Source: Diplonema japonicum (lineage: Eukaryota; Protista; Euglenozoa: Diplonemea). From it: DNA of 64,000 bases. The notes under the pieces were generated by a model. It was not told the origin of the DNA and searched no databases. It saw nothing but the letters and a program-made list of their open reading frames with translations. The stretch lies in assembly GCA_964019335.1 (NCBI GenBank), contig OZ025662.1, positions 1-64,000 of the forward strand. The letters are read 5' to 3'. This document shows, one piece after another, positions 10,798-21,829 of this stretch. The stretch's first letter is position 1. Each line of letters opens with the position of its first letter. The position numbers were made by a program, and so were the translations under genes.

Positions 10798-11418
10798 ATC
10801 GCTGGGCTGCGGGTGACAAGAATACAAAAAGTACACGACAGTGAATAAAACATACTAGGAAGTGGACTGGAGACACAAGAAAAGGTATAAAAAGGTGAAG
10901 GAATAGACAGAACGAACCAGACTCGTGCAGCCGCTTACATACAGAGTAACAGGCAGCAGGCACGCAAAAGAATTGAAAATAATGTAAAACGAAAATCACG
11001 AACGGCTATTGATGCCTGGGAGTTTTCGTCCCAGCGTCGGACTGTTCTGTCCGGACTCGAAAAAGAAGCCCAAGTTGCTATGCAAGCAGCGTTAGCGCCG
11101 CATACCCATACAAAATGGAGTATGAACCGTACTAGGCAACTCCCGGTCATATCGCGACTCCTCCAAGTGCACCCTCTTAGGTGAGAGGCGCCCTTCAAGT
11201 GCTCCATCAGTCTGGCATTTATCCGTCCGTAGTTATTTGTTTTACAGTAGTAACAAGAGAATTCGCACAAAGATAACTGAGCCTCATGTTTCGAAGAAGG
11301 CTTATATACTGCGTCGCTTTTGCCCTCTTTTTTTGTATTTTTTTCTTCAAATTTAATTTGCCAGTTTTTCAAGAGCAGGGGATTCTTAACATACAAACAA
11401 AAACAAAAATGATCTTTT

Positions 11419-14400
11419 TCAAAGTGTCCTGAAATAATATTTATCGAGAGTCTCTTTAAGAGTGACCCTGCGAAGGGGCTTCGTGATATAGTCGTTCATC
11501 CCAGCGGCAACACAGAGACCTTTTGTGTGCGGCAATGCGTCTGCTGTGAGGGCGACGATGGTTATGGGAGGCTGGTTGGGCCACAGCTCGCCAGTTCTTT
11601 CCTTCTCTCTAATCTGTTTCACTGCACCGTAACCGTCAAGGACAGGCATATGGCAGTCCATGAAAATGAGGTCGTAGCGCTCTTCAGACAGCGCGTTTAC
11701 TGCCTCCTGCCCGTTCTCCACGATGCGCGGTATGATGTCAAACCCTGCCAACTGCTTTTTGATCAGCAGCTGGTTGGTCGTGTTGTCCTCAGCGACGAGA
11801 ATCTTTTTCGTAGATGCCGCGGCGCTGTTCTGGATGACATCCTCTGTGCCCGAAGAAGCGTTCAGCATGTTGCCCTCGTTATTGTTGAGGACGCCAGCCA
11901 CCAGTGCAAGTTTTGGCGGCATGGTGAGGATGAGCGCATAGTCTTCCTTGTACACTGTCGCCGATTTGCTCTTCATGGACATCAACATCACGAGCTTCTT
12001 CTGGCTACTCTTGCAGTATGTAACCAGCTCCTTGAGCTCATCCTCACCCAGCCCTGTCAACCCCTCGTCAATCATCAGCAGCTCGGGGATCTTAAAGCCA
12101 GGCTGCGGTGCGCGTTCCGAAGTCCCTGCTTTGTACGTGACAGTTTGCCCATCATCGGCCTTCAGGAGCGCAGACAGCTCCTGGTAGCTCGTCACAAATA
12201 AAGAATGCACCTTAAGGAACGAGAGCAACCTCAGCAGGACACCTCTGTGCACTGTGTGTGAACACCCGAACAAGGCGAGCCTGCTCCCTTTAACTTCACC
12301 TGCTATGTTATTGAGACACTCCGACACTGTTTCCACACTCGTTGCAGGCCTACCGAACACAGCGGTGCACCAGAATGTCGACCCCTTGCCTTGTGCACTT
12401 TCTATCCCTATCTCACCCTCCATGGCTTCTACCAATTGTTTGCAGATAGTGAGGCCCAGACCCGACCCCCCATACTGTCTGGTGGTCCCCGCATCTGCCT
12501 GTTCAAAAGGTTTGAAAAGCTTCTGCTGAGCGCCTGGAGCAATGCCGATGCCTGTGTCCGTGACTGAGAAGTACACACTGATTGACTTTGCGTTGGACTC
12601 GGACAGCTTCACCAGCAGCGTGACATCCCCTCCGTCGGGTGTGAACTTCACTGCGTTCCCAAGCAAGTTGGTGAGGATCTGCCGTAACCTGTACACATCA
12701 CCCACGAGCTCCGTGGTGACCTGTGGGTCAACGTCAACCATAAGGGCGATCTTTTTGTTCTCCGTTTTCGGGCGGATCACGTCAATTGTCTCCTCTAAGA
12801 TGTTCACCAGGAAGAAGGGTCTTTTCTCTAACTCGAGCTTTCCTGCATCCAGACGGCCGTAGTCGAGGATGTCGTTGATGATTGCCATGAGAGCTTCACC
12901 GCAAGACTTGATTGTCTCGCCCATCTCCTTTTGCTCTGACGACAGCTTCGTGTTCATCAGTAGTTCGCACATCCCTATCACCCCTGACATTGGTGTACGG
13001 ATCTCATGGGACATAGCCATTAGGAAGTTCGATTTCGCCTCGGCTGCCTGCTTGGCCTGGTCACGCAGCCTCACCAGCTCTTTGTTCTTCTCCCTCAGGA
13101 CCTGTCCCTCGCGCAGCTCGTCGTACAAAAGAATGTTGTTCAGTGAGATGCCTACAAACGATGAGAAAGATAACGCCAGCTCGACGTCGCTGTCGTGGAA
13201 AGCCTCACCGTTGCACTTGTTGATGAACTGGATGACACCCATCACCTTGTTGGAGTGCTGGGGCTTCACAGGCACACACAGTGTTGCCTTTGTCACAAAG
13301 CCCGTCTTGCGGTCGAACTCCGGATTGAAGAGCTCGCAAGCATAAGCATCGGGGATGTTCAACACGTTCCCGGTCACCGCAACATGGCCGGCAAGACCCA
13401 CGCCTACAGGGAGCCTGATCACGTTGTCACCACCAATCTGCGCCGCTGTCTCACTGTCTGTCAGGATAGACCACAGTTCTCTTTTGTGGTCGTCGACAAG
13501 GAAGATTGAAGCACGTTCCACAGTAAGCACCTGTCGCGCCCTGGCCATAATCTTCGACATCATGGCGCCGATGTCCAGCTGCACGTCGTTGATTTCCTTG
13601 CTCACCTCAAGCAGCGAGTTGGTCTTGTTGCCTTCCACTTGGAGTTGCTGGTACACTTGTGCGTTTGATAAATGAATCCCAGCTTGTTTTCCCAGCAACG
13701 CGAGTACCCCCTCGTCTTCTGCTGTGAAGGTCCCACCAACCTTGTTAATGGCCTCTACCACAGCGATCACATTTCCACTTCCCGTGTAGTTGATGCCCCT
13801 TGATATGGGATACACTAGCAAATTCCTTGTCACGTAGCCCGTATTTTTATCTACATCTTTGTTGAACCTAGCATCCTTGTAAGCGTCTTTAATATTTAGC
13901 ACCCTATTGTTCAGAGCTGCATATCCTGCGAGTGATCCTGCCATGGGCACCTTGATTTGATGACCCTCGTCAGAGATCGTCCAGATGTGCTGCTTATTCC
14001 AATCACACAGAAAAATAGACGCTCGCTCGCACTGCAGCACTTGCACTACACAGGCACATATGAAACGCTGGATGCGATAAGTGTCGAGTTCTTCGGACAA
14101 TCGCGTGAAGAGCACAACTAGCTTCTGCAGTGTTGTAGACGACAAGTTCTGAAGGGGGATTTTCATGCCGCCTGCCAATGGGTGGTTCTGCGGAATGGTG
14201 GCAGAAAAGTCCAGTTGCACAACTGACTTCACCAGCTCCATGGCTTCAGCTGCGTCTTTTTTTGATTCGTCTTCAGATTTTCCGAGAGAATAGAAGCTGA
14301 GAGGAGATGTTGGTACAGCTCCCGGTACCGGTGCTGCATTTGTTGGTGAGGCTTGCAGGGAGTTACCCGACCTTGTCCCTGGCCTGCCTTTCAGGATGCT

Positions 14401-15825
14401 GTTGTACCTCTTTGTGGCAATGGGTAGGCTCTTCTTGGGAACGCTCTTCTTCGAAGGCGTCATGTGCTGCTTCAGCTCCGACGACACGATATCTTCAGAT
14501 GATGACCGCGACACAGTATGCGCAAGGGACTCGGCGTCGTCCAGTTCCTCTTCCTCCTCGGACTGCTTCAGCACAGGCGACGCAAAAGATGTTCCGTGTC
14601 CGTCTGTGGTGCGCTTCAGTGTGGGCACAAATGAGACGTGGCTAGACGACGACTTGTCCGACGCCAGCGACTGGTGGGAAGACAGGGAGTAGCTGCGCGT
14701 AGGTCTGCTCCCAGTGGGCGAGCCTTCGGTATCGGTGGCCAGTCTCACAACAGACGATGACGGTCTCAAAGGCGGCTTCCCAACAGTATTGGCGATCGAA
14801 GAGCTCCTAGCGATGGATACCTCATCGTCGTCGCCACGCACAAGCCCGTCGACAGAAGCCCTGCACACAGCGTTGAGCCTGTAGTTAATAGTCTCCAGCG
14901 GCGCCACGAAGAACGCCGTGTCAGAAGAGCTTATTGAAGGTTTCTTCTGAGGTATCCCCGCGCTTGCCGAACTCAGCTCTGAGTGCAGCCGCTCCTTCTC
15001 CGCCTCGATACGGTACAGTGAATGGGACTCGACGGGTCGTACTTCGACATCGCTCTGGTTGAGGTGCTCGAGAACATCCGAACCGCTCAACTGTTCGTGT
15101 GCCGAGAATCTAAAATACGGATGGACGAGAACCAGAAAGGACATGAAAGCAATGAGGAGGGTGGGTGTCAGGGCGGCGAAGAGGGAGTGCGTGTGGAAAA
15201 CCCAACCAAACACCCACGATGCTGCGTTGACAGCCAACATCCACAATGCTTCTTTGTGGTTGTTATTAAGAAAAGGCAATAGCAAGAGTACTGCCTGTAT
15301 CTGGCCAATCACAGCAGGCGTGTCCTCATACGCCACTTGGGCTGCGAAAGCTGTCAAGAAAGCAGTCACAATCGAACAGAATGAGATTGCTTTCAAAGAG
15401 AGTAGGCCGGACCTGGTAAGTGAGGATACCCAGTAGAAAAGGGCACTTGCGCCAAGGAGACCTGAGAGAATGAAGTGCCAGGTTGATTTCTCATCGACTG
15501 ATGACACGTAAGACAGGCCTGCCGCTACAAGCACGATCACAAAGAGCCCTGTGTACACCACAGCCATCGCGACGGCCATATCACTTGACGAGGCAGATAG
15601 CATCCCCCTCTTCCTCTTTGGCATCGTCCAAGACGACTGTCGCACTTTTCTGGGGCTCTGCTCTGACTCATCATACCGCTTGCTGTCATGTGAAGTCCTA
15701 AAAGGTCCTACGCTGCTATCCCCGCAACTCCCTACACTTTCTTTTTTGTCCACTCCAGACACATCGATCCCTAGATGTGTGTTTGACGGGAGTGACGAAG
15801 GCGACGCCTCCTCCGTGCTCAACAT
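11419..15825 (-). CDS. Hybrid sensor histidine kinase: multi-TM N-terminus, 2x GAF, HisKA, HATPase, degenerate receiver plus intact receiver
   Basis: H-box SHEIRTPM, N-box NLLGNAVKFT, DTGIGI, FEQAD, GGSGLGL. Receiver VAEDN...FMDCHMP...KP. GAF motifs AINKVGGTFTAEDE and FINKCNGEAFHDSD. Confidence 0.95.
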   Translation of the reverse strand: MLSTEEASPSSLPSNTHLGIDVSGVDKKESVGSCGDSSVGPFRTSHDSKRYDESEQSPRKVRQSSWTMPKRKRGMLSASSSDMAVAMAVVYTGLFVIVLVAAGLSYVSSVDEKSTWHFILSGLLGASALFYWVSSLTRSGLLSLKAISFCSIVTAFLTAFAAQVAYEDTPAVIGQIQAVLLLLPFLNNNHKEALWMLAVNAASWVFGWVFHTHSLFAALTPTLLIAFMSFLVLVHPYFRFSAHEQLSGSDVLEHLNQSDVEVRPVESHSLYRIEAEKERLHSELSSASAGIPQKKPSISSSDTAFFVAPLETINYRLNAVCRASVDGLVRGDDDEVSIARSSSIANTVGKPPLRPSSSVVRLATDTEGSPTGSRPTRSYSLSSHQSLASDKSSSSHVSFVPTLKRTTDGHGTSFASPVLKQSEEEEELDDAESLAHTVSRSSSEDIVSSELKQHMTPSKKSVPKKSLPIATKRYNSILKGRPGTRSGNSLQASPTNAAPVPGAVPTSPLSFYSLGKSEDESKKDAAEAMELVKSVVQLDFSATIPQNHPLAGGMKIPLQNLSSTTLQKLVVLFTRLSEELDTYRIQRFICACVVQVLQCERASIFLCDWNKQHIWTISDEGHQIKVPMAGSLAGYAALNNRVLNIKDAYKDARFNKDVDKNTGYVTRNLLVYPISRGINYTGSGNVIAVVEAINKVGGTFTAEDEGVLALLGKQAGIHLSNAQVYQQLQVEGNKTNSLLEVSKEINDVQLDIGAMMSKIMARARQVLTVERASIFLVDDHKRELWSILTDSETAAQIGGDNVIRLPVGVGLAGHVAVTGNVLNIPDAYACELFNPEFDRKTGFVTKATLCVPVKPQHSNKVMGVIQFINKCNGEAFHDSDVELALSFSSFVGISLNNILLYDELREGQVLREKNKELVRLRDQAKQAAEAKSNFLMAMSHEIRTPMSGVIGMCELLMNTKLSSEQKEMGETIKSCGEALMAIINDILDYGRLDAGKLELEKRPFFLVNILEETIDVIRPKTENKKIALMVDVDPQVTTELVGDVYRLRQILTNLLGNAVKFTPDGGDVTLLVKLSESNAKSISVYFSVTDTGIGIAPGAQQKLFKPFEQADAGTTRQYGGSGLGLTICKQLVEAMEGEIGIESAQGKGSTFWCTAVFGRPATSVETVSECLNNIAGEVKGSRLALFGCSHTVHRGVLLRLLSFLKVHSLFVTSYQELSALLKADDGQTVTYKAGTSERAPQPGFKIPELLMIDEGLTGLGEDELKELVTYCKSSQKKLVMLMSMKSKSATVYKEDYALILTMPPKLALVAGVLNNNEGNMLNASSGTEDVIQNSAAASTKKILVAEDNTTNQLLIKKQLAGFDIIPRIVENGQEAVNALSEERYDLIFMDCHMPVLDGYGAVKQIREKERTGELWPNQPPITIVALTADALPHTKGLCVAAGMNDYITKPLRRVTLKETLDKYYFRTL

Positions 15826-15928
15826 CCCAACTCAACCCACCCAGCTGTGCGTGATGGTCAACAATAACAACATGGAAGAATATAAGCAACTGAACTAAAA
15901 TACAATAAAAATATGAGGAGCAACAAGT

Positions 15929-17134
15929 CTACCGTATCTTTGACTCCATAAACTCATTGAATCGCCGCTTGTAGAATCCCGGTGAGACAGCTGAGATTTC
16001 ATCACGATTGTATCTCAAGCCCCTGAAGAAGTTCTCTGCTTGCTTCCGTACTGTGTACTCCTGTAGAATGTCTATTATGCCCCCGTAGTACATCTCATCC
16101 CCCCCCTGACTCAGCATTCCCCCATCGTCTGCTCGGATCACACGTTCGTCATCGTAGCGCACGAGGTTTCTCTTGGGACGCTCTTCGTCTATCGGCTGGA
16201 CCCCCAACAAGAACGAGTAGTCCATAATTTGGCACGCTGCTAGGAATTCTGTATCTCTATAGATTTGCCCCATCAGAATGGTCTTGCGCTTCTCGCCTAC
16301 CTTAATGTAGCTCTTCATATTCAAGTCTTTTTGGATTTTTTCCGTAGCTTCTGCCAGCCTCCCTACCTTCGAGCCCTTCAGGTCGTAAGTCAAGTTCATC
16401 TTTTTACCAGTATCGAACACATTATTCATAACAACAAATGACACTTTTTCCTTATTTGAGTGCATAGTGAGGGAGAAGTGCCCGAAGTAGCGTGGGAGCA
16501 GCGTGTGGGGATTGTACTTGATGTGGTGGTAGTAAAGATGGATTATCTTACGCAAGAAGAGTGATTCCTCCTTGTTCATAGTTTTTATTACATAGTGAGT
16601 CCCTGCAAAGTAGAGTGTGGATGACGACTTTGCAGCCGGAGACACTCGCCATGAACTGTTGCACAGGTTGTCCATCAATGCCTCGGGGGGGGTGTCCAAG
16701 AACTCTCTAATCTGCCTATAGCACAGAGGGCTGAAACCCACAAAGGTATATCCCTCCTTGTTGTCTACCACCCTTGCTTTGAACGTGAAGTCCTTCTTTG
16801 GGTCGAGCGACCGGTTTTCTGTCCTGGAGATGGAGTCAATCGCTTTCTTAAGCCCCTTCTTCATGCACTGCACAACAGCATCCACCTCGTCTCCCACTTC
16901 TCCTTTATTTTTGTCTTCACGCTGCTCTTTCGCTGCCGTGATTCGTGTCAGAGCAAACACTTCCTTGTTCTCTTCGATACGGATTTCTTCCCCTACCTCC
17001 GCCACCGGTTGCTTCGCCAATACTGCTGCTGCATCCGCTTTGAACTCTACATGTCTCATAGGTTTTTCCACTGACTCTCTTTTCGTTTTGGTATTTGCAC
17101 CTAGCCACCCAGAATTTACTATTCTCCTCTCCAT
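15929..17134 (-). CDS. Phosphatidylinositol-phosphate kinase (PIP5K family)
   Basis: Motifs YVIKT, TLLPRYFG, VVMNNVF, YDLKGS, KD, IMDYSFLLG, GIIDILQEY and ISAVSP. Likely start MERR at 17134. Confidence 0.93.
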   Translation of the reverse strand: MERRIVNSGWLGANTKTKRESVEKPMRHVEFKADAAAVLAKQPVAEVGEEIRIEENKEVFALTRITAAKEQREDKNKGEVGDEVDAVVQCMKKGLKKAIDSISRTENRSLDPKKDFTFKARVVDNKEGYTFVGFSPLCYRQIREFLDTPPEALMDNLCNSSWRVSPAAKSSSTLYFAGTHYVIKTMNKEESLFLRKIIHLYYHHIKYNPHTLLPRYFGHFSLTMHSNKEKVSFVVMNNVFDTGKKMNLTYDLKGSKVGRLAEATEKIQKDLNMKSYIKVGEKRKTILMGQIYRDTEFLAACQIMDYSFLLGVQPIDEERPKRNLVRYDDERVIRADDGGMLSQGGDEMYYGGIIDILQEYTVRKQAENFFRGLRYNRDEISAVSPGFYKRRFNEFMESKIR

Positions 17135-17229
17135 TTTTGCAGGGTTCCTGCTGTGTGGTGGCAAAAGCAGGCGATAAACACATGAACACTAAAATCGGTG
17201 TAAGTTGCTGCAGGTACCTTTGTACAAGG

Positions 17230-18401
17230 CTATTCCTCAAATGCAGCCCACGACGAAGCGTTGTTTTTCAGGTTAGTTACGCAAGTGAGAAGTTCGGGGA
17301 ACACGTTGGCATTGGCTTCATAAAGAGGCAGGCACAAGTGATTAATGAAGAACTGTTGCTCATTGTGTTGCCTAGCATTGTTTCTATCCATGCAGCCCAT
17401 CGTCGGGAGCCCTTCCGCACGCTCCCTGTCACCCTGGCGGAAGAACTCTTCCAGCACCAGGGGCGCCCACACCTGAGACAGCTCAAAGGTTCTAGCCTCG
17501 TTGTTCAGGTCAGACATCATAAGTAGATTCTTCAGCACAACAAGTCTCTCTGCGTCACTCCCATAGTTGATAGTTGAGTCCAGCCCCTTGAGCTCTTCGT
17601 ATCCTGCCTTGTGCTGGCTTACGTCAGTAGACAGAATCAGCTCTACTACTACCCGACGGAAGCGCTTTTTGTCAGCCTCTTGTAACCCAGCTGTAATGTT
17701 GCACAGCGGAGTGCCGATGATGTCAAAGGTGCAGCTGGAGTGGTGATTCTCCATCACAGAACGGTCGCTGTACCTTACGGCAAGGGGGTGTCCCGAGTTG
17801 CTGAGGTAGCTGTTTGACAACCCCAGGTGGCCGACATCATGGCAGAAGCCTGCCACAAGCAACGCCAAGCGCTCTACGGCTGGCAAAGTGTTCTCTAGTC
17901 TTGTTAGCTTAAGCAGAGCAAATGCAAACTGACACACCGCCACAGCGTGCTTGAGGTTGTGGAATGGAACCGCACTGTCGTAGTTGGCAGCAACTACGTT
18001 GATGAAGCACCGCAGCACGGTGGGGCTGATCTCCATCTCCAAAGACACACCACTAAGCATGTACTCTACAAATAGCAGCAACTGGTCATCTGTAGTGCAA
18101 TGCCATACAAACAGCTCTGATACCTGAATGAACATGTGGGTTGAAGTGCAGCTTCTCTAACTCCGTCTGCTCTTCTTCCGTGACGATGCCTTCTGGCCAC
18201 AGCTCGTTCAGCTTCTTCGCCTGTTCTTCTACTTTCACATTGAAGGCAGACTGCCCAATGAAGTGATAGATATCGTTCGGTCTAGCAACGGTGACGCGTG
18301 CCTGTGGTGGTGTGGACGTGCAGAGCGTATACCAGCAGTGCTTCCATTATCTGCGGCATGCCGGCATTTCTCATGAAGGAGTACCCCTCGTCTTGGTCCA
18401 T
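17230..18401 (-). CDS. Class I 3',5'-cyclic nucleotide phosphodiesterase with N-terminal RIIa/Dpy-30-like docking domain (368 aa, 3 exons)
   Basis: Motifs FHNLKHA, HDVGHLGLSN, MENHH, SDLNNE, EFFRQGD. Introns 18302-18332 (31 nt) and 18090-18123 (34 nt) extend the frame to ATG 18401 (MDQDEGYSFMRNAGMPQIMEALLARVTVARPNDIYHFI). Confidence 0.9.
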
Positions 18402-18482
18402 CTTAGCCTTAATGATAATTTGTTGTTTGTACTCAACATAGAACTAAAGTGACGGCAGCGACATCTTACTGGGATAACTAGG

Positions 18483-20828
18483 TCAGCCGCTCTCCGACAT
18501 AAAAGCCTTGTAGACCAACGAGCTGACATGGTCACCTACAAAGCGTGTCTTTGTCCTAGTCGGCACGGTGCTGAGGCAGAGCTCCGCCATTGCAGTTCTG
18601 TTCTGCGACTTAAATTCTGTATACTTCTTGTAAAGAGCAGTGGCAGAGGGATATACAGCGGTCACAGAACAGGCACCCTGATAGCTTAGCCCTTTCACAC
18701 ACGACAGCTGAGTGGCGAACATGTTTCGATTCGCAGCGTCCGCATTTCGCGTTTTTTCCCGGTTGGTAAACTCTGAGAAAGACGGGAGTTGGTTTGTCAG
18801 GTTCACAGCCTCACCAAATGGAGGTGGTGCTTTTTTCTTCACACCCCAAACTTTTAGTTCTTCAATGTCAGCGCAGTTAGCCACAAGCTCATCCAGCTTA
18901 TGATGGATTCCCTGCAAAAATGCAATTGTCCCATCAGTACCTGTCGTGTGCTCTACGAAGAGTCCGTCGAACATGCTCGTCGTCAGCAACGCCGTCTCGA
19001 GTGCTGTCTGCATGTTCTTCCTGTCGTTCAGGTTGCCCTCGACTACATAAATCAGATTCCGCAGCCCTGTGTGGATCATGCGCTGCTTCTGGTCGTTGTA
19101 CCTCCCGTCCATGATAGATCCCGCAAGGTCGGCTACTCGCTTCCTCTCGACAATGGTGTCCAGTACCGTCTCTGTTCCGTCTGGAGCTACTGCTATCCAG
19201 ATGAAATCGCCAATCTCGAGGGACCTGCTCAGACACGGAATGCCTTTAGCAGTCAGCCTATTGACAAGCAGAGTGCCCCACTGTCTCTCCCTGTGATCTA
19301 CCACGCACATCACTTTGTAGTTCGACTTTGATACAATTAACTTCTTTCTTCTCTTCACGGGGGATGCACCTGACGCGAAGGACCTCCAATCCACACGCTC
19401 CAAGACCCGTGGATGAGGCTGAGGTGTCACTGACCTGGCTGTAAGTGCCTGCTGCCCCCCTACGTTGACGATCCGCCTGCCGGTGCTGAGACTCCTGCCA
19501 GTACTTATTTTTTTTACTTTGCTTCGCGGGCTCTTTTTAGGTATCTTAGGTGGTGGCGAGCGTACGCCCAGCTCCCTGCCCCATTGTAGTATCTCCTGCA
19601 GCTCGTCCGCAGCATCAGGCAGCAAAGGCTTGCTGGGCGGGGTCTGTAACGGGTGCAACATGTGCGGCGAGGACGGTGTCTGTGGTGTCGCACAGCGGGA
19701 CTCTTCCCCGTCCGTGTCAATAACTATGATCTCTACTTTAGGCGTAATTAAACCCTCACCAGAATCTTTGTGCTCTTCCTGCAATATTTTTTCTTCCGTT
19801 GTTCTCCCTTTTTCTTTCTCTCGTTCTCTCCTAAGTTCTTTTTCTCGCTCGAGTTCCATCTCCAATTCTCGCCTGCGCTCTCTTTCCTTTTCCAGCTCAC
19901 GCTCATTCTCCTTTTCTCTTTCTCTTGCTAGCTCCAATTCTGACTTCTGTTTCGCTTCTTTATCTTCACTTTTCCGCTTCTTTGGCGTGTGCCGTATTTC
20001 CAGTGAATGGCATGCCCACAGATGAACACCGAACTCCTTCCCCAACTCTGTGAGCCGGTATCCGTCGGCAGCGGTTTCGATGAGGTTGTTCTTCAGCAGA
20101 GTGGCCCGCAAGCTGTGCAGACCTGTGGAATACCATTGCTGTGGCTCGTTTTGGTTTCCAGCAGTGCCTAACTTTGTGAGGGTGTGCTTCTGAGCTTCCA
20201 TGACGAGAGCAGGGATCCGTATGATCTGAGTACCTTGACTTGCGAGGCGGTGGAAGGCCAGCATGAGTGCGTACGACGCGGAGGCGTACCGTATAGACGG
20301 GTAAGTGCCGTTCTTGGACAAAAGGCTGACAGGAAACTGTCCACTCTCAGACCGTTTGCGCTTCGGTTTCTCGCTTTGCGTGGCGATGTCCACAGCGGGA
20401 GCACCAGACGTGCCGAGCTTCTTGAACGTGAGGTATCTCTGAAGCAGCTCCGCCTTATTGCCCGACGTAACTAGACCGTTCTCTTTGCATTTCTGCTTCA
20501 ATTCGACAACCCTCCACTTCTTCGCCTCTTCTTCGTCCGCCACAACCTCCGTCATGGACTCTGAGCAGTGTTGCGACAGCACCACTTCCACGGCTCCTAT
20601 GTCTACGGCTGCCTCGGCTTGGTTCTCTTTTCCTCGCAAGAAACCACCTATTTTCTTCCCAATCCAGTCGCCGATGCCCGCCAAGTCCCTTGCGGACTGC
20701 TCAGTTGTCAACCGCAACGGGTACTTCTCCACCGACGCTACCGCCCTATCGATTCCCCTCTGCCGGATCGGGTCATCAAAAGATTTCCGCAGCTTCTTGA
20801 GGTACGCAACGACATCTGCATTGGCCAT
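18483..20828 (-). CDS. MUS81: Crossover junction endonuclease MUS81
   Basis: N-terminal HhH (KYPL..ARDLAGIGDWI), SAP-like VVELKQKCKENGLVTSGNKAELLQR, winged-helix region, ERCC4 nuclease VDHRE...GDFIW...VERKRVADLAGSIMDGRYNDQK. Start approximate. Confidence 0.9.
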   Translation of the reverse strand: MANADVVAYLKKLRKSFDDPIRQRGIDRAVASVEKYPLRLTTEQSARDLAGIGDWIGKKIGGFLRGKENQAEAAVDIGAVEVVLSQHCSESMTEVVADEEEAKKWRVVELKQKCKENGLVTSGNKAELLQRYLTFKKLGTSGAPAVDIATQSEKPKRKRSESGQFPVSLLSKNGTYPSIRYASASYALMLAFHRLASQGTQIIRIPALVMEAQKHTLTKLGTAGNQNEPQQWYSTGLHSLRATLLKNNLIETAADGYRLTELGKEFGVHLWACHSLEIRHTPKKRKSEDKEAKQKSELELAREREKENERELEKERERRRELEMELEREKELRREREKEKGRTTEEKILQEEHKDSGEGLITPKVEIIVIDTDGEESRCATPQTPSSPHMLHPLQTPPSKPLLPDAADELQEILQWGRELGVRSPPPKIPKKSPRSKVKKISTGRSLSTGRRIVNVGGQQALTARSVTPQPHPRVLERVDWRSFASGASPVKRRKKLIVSKSNYKVMCVVDHRERQWGTLLVNRLTAKGIPCLSRSLEIGDFIWIAVAPDGTETVLDTIVERKRVADLAGSIMDGRYNDQKQRMIHTGLRNLIYVVEGNLNDRKNMQTALETALLTTSMFDGLFVEHTTGTDGTIAFLQGIHHKLDELVANCADIEELKVWGVKKKAPPPFGEAVNLTNQLPSFSEFTNREKTRNADAANRNMFATQLSCVKGLSYQGACSVTAVYPSATALYKKYTEFKSQNRTAMAELCLSTVPTRTKTRFVGDHVSSLVYKAFMSESG

Positions 20829-20950
20829 CCCTGCGTCCTGGGTGCATGGAGTACAGCGCGATAAAAAGGAAACACTTTTGTAAGCGGGTTGTGGTAGCCC
20901 ACTTCGAACTTTTTCCATTTGTGAACGAAAAAGAGAGATCACCTAAACCT

Positions 20951-21829
20951 TCATAGTTTTATTGCTGGTTTCTGCCACCAAAACGACCGCCGGAGAAGAA
21001 GGAAGAGCAAGATCGCGAGTACGGCTGTCACTGCCTTGTGCGTTGTCTGCGTACGTGTCATTCACTAATCTTATGTACATACCTTGTTGGGACCTAGGTA
21101 CTTGATCAAATAGAATTCAAGTGTACCTAATGAAACTGGCTGCGGCACTGTGGGTACTTTCCGCGGGCCAGCAGGGGCGGGGGATGGCGCCTGTTCGGTA
21201 ATCTGGGTCTGCTGTTTGCTTGGTGGGCTAGGGGATATGTTTACAGGGTCCTGAGGCGGCTTCTCAGATCGTGTCACAGGGAGAGGGGCAGCAGCAGGAA
21301 TCGCTGCTTCGTGCACATGTTCTTTCAGTTGCTTTACTCTTTCAGTGTCCTTGCTGTAGAAACATATGTATGCACTGTCGATATACTGCACCGCCTGTGC
21401 AGGTGCAAGGATCTGAAGCACGTAGGTCTCCAAAATGTCAAGAGTGGCTGCTGTGGGCGTCTTCTTCGCAAGTGTCAAGTGGTCAGCACACAAGGCCTCC
21501 GCTTTCTCTTGCTCTCCAACAGCTTTCAAAACACTTGCTTGCAGTGGGATAAGCTCATCAGGCAGCGACCCAAACACCTTCCCAGCTACGTCCAAAGCAA
21601 GCTTTTCCTTCCCAGTTTCATGCAGCGCCTGCACTACCAGTGTCACACCGGCAGCAGCTTTCTTATCCTTCGCTATCTCCTCCCACCCCCCAGCAACTTC
21701 GCGCAGCACTTTGTCAAATTTACTCTGCATAAATGCCTTCTGTGCCCTTTTCAAAGCAGCAATACTATGCCCACTCTCTCTCACAACATCGTCCTCAGAC
21801 AGACCAAGCCATGTGGGGTCTAATCTCAT
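20951..21829 (-). CDS. Tail-anchored helical protein (280 aa, 2 exons); PEX15/PEX26/APEM9-like architecture
   Basis: A 36-nt intron (21047-21082) adds the exon TTHKAVTAVLAILLFLLLRRSFWWQKPAIKL (C-terminal TMD plus basic tail). Helical N-terminus and Pro-rich linker. The family call rests on architecture only. Confidence 0.65.

Noticed and set aside
11527-15898. Many plus-strand ORFs antisense to long genes (also throughout the window)
   Set aside because: Shadow ORFs caused by codon bias; no recognisable motifs.
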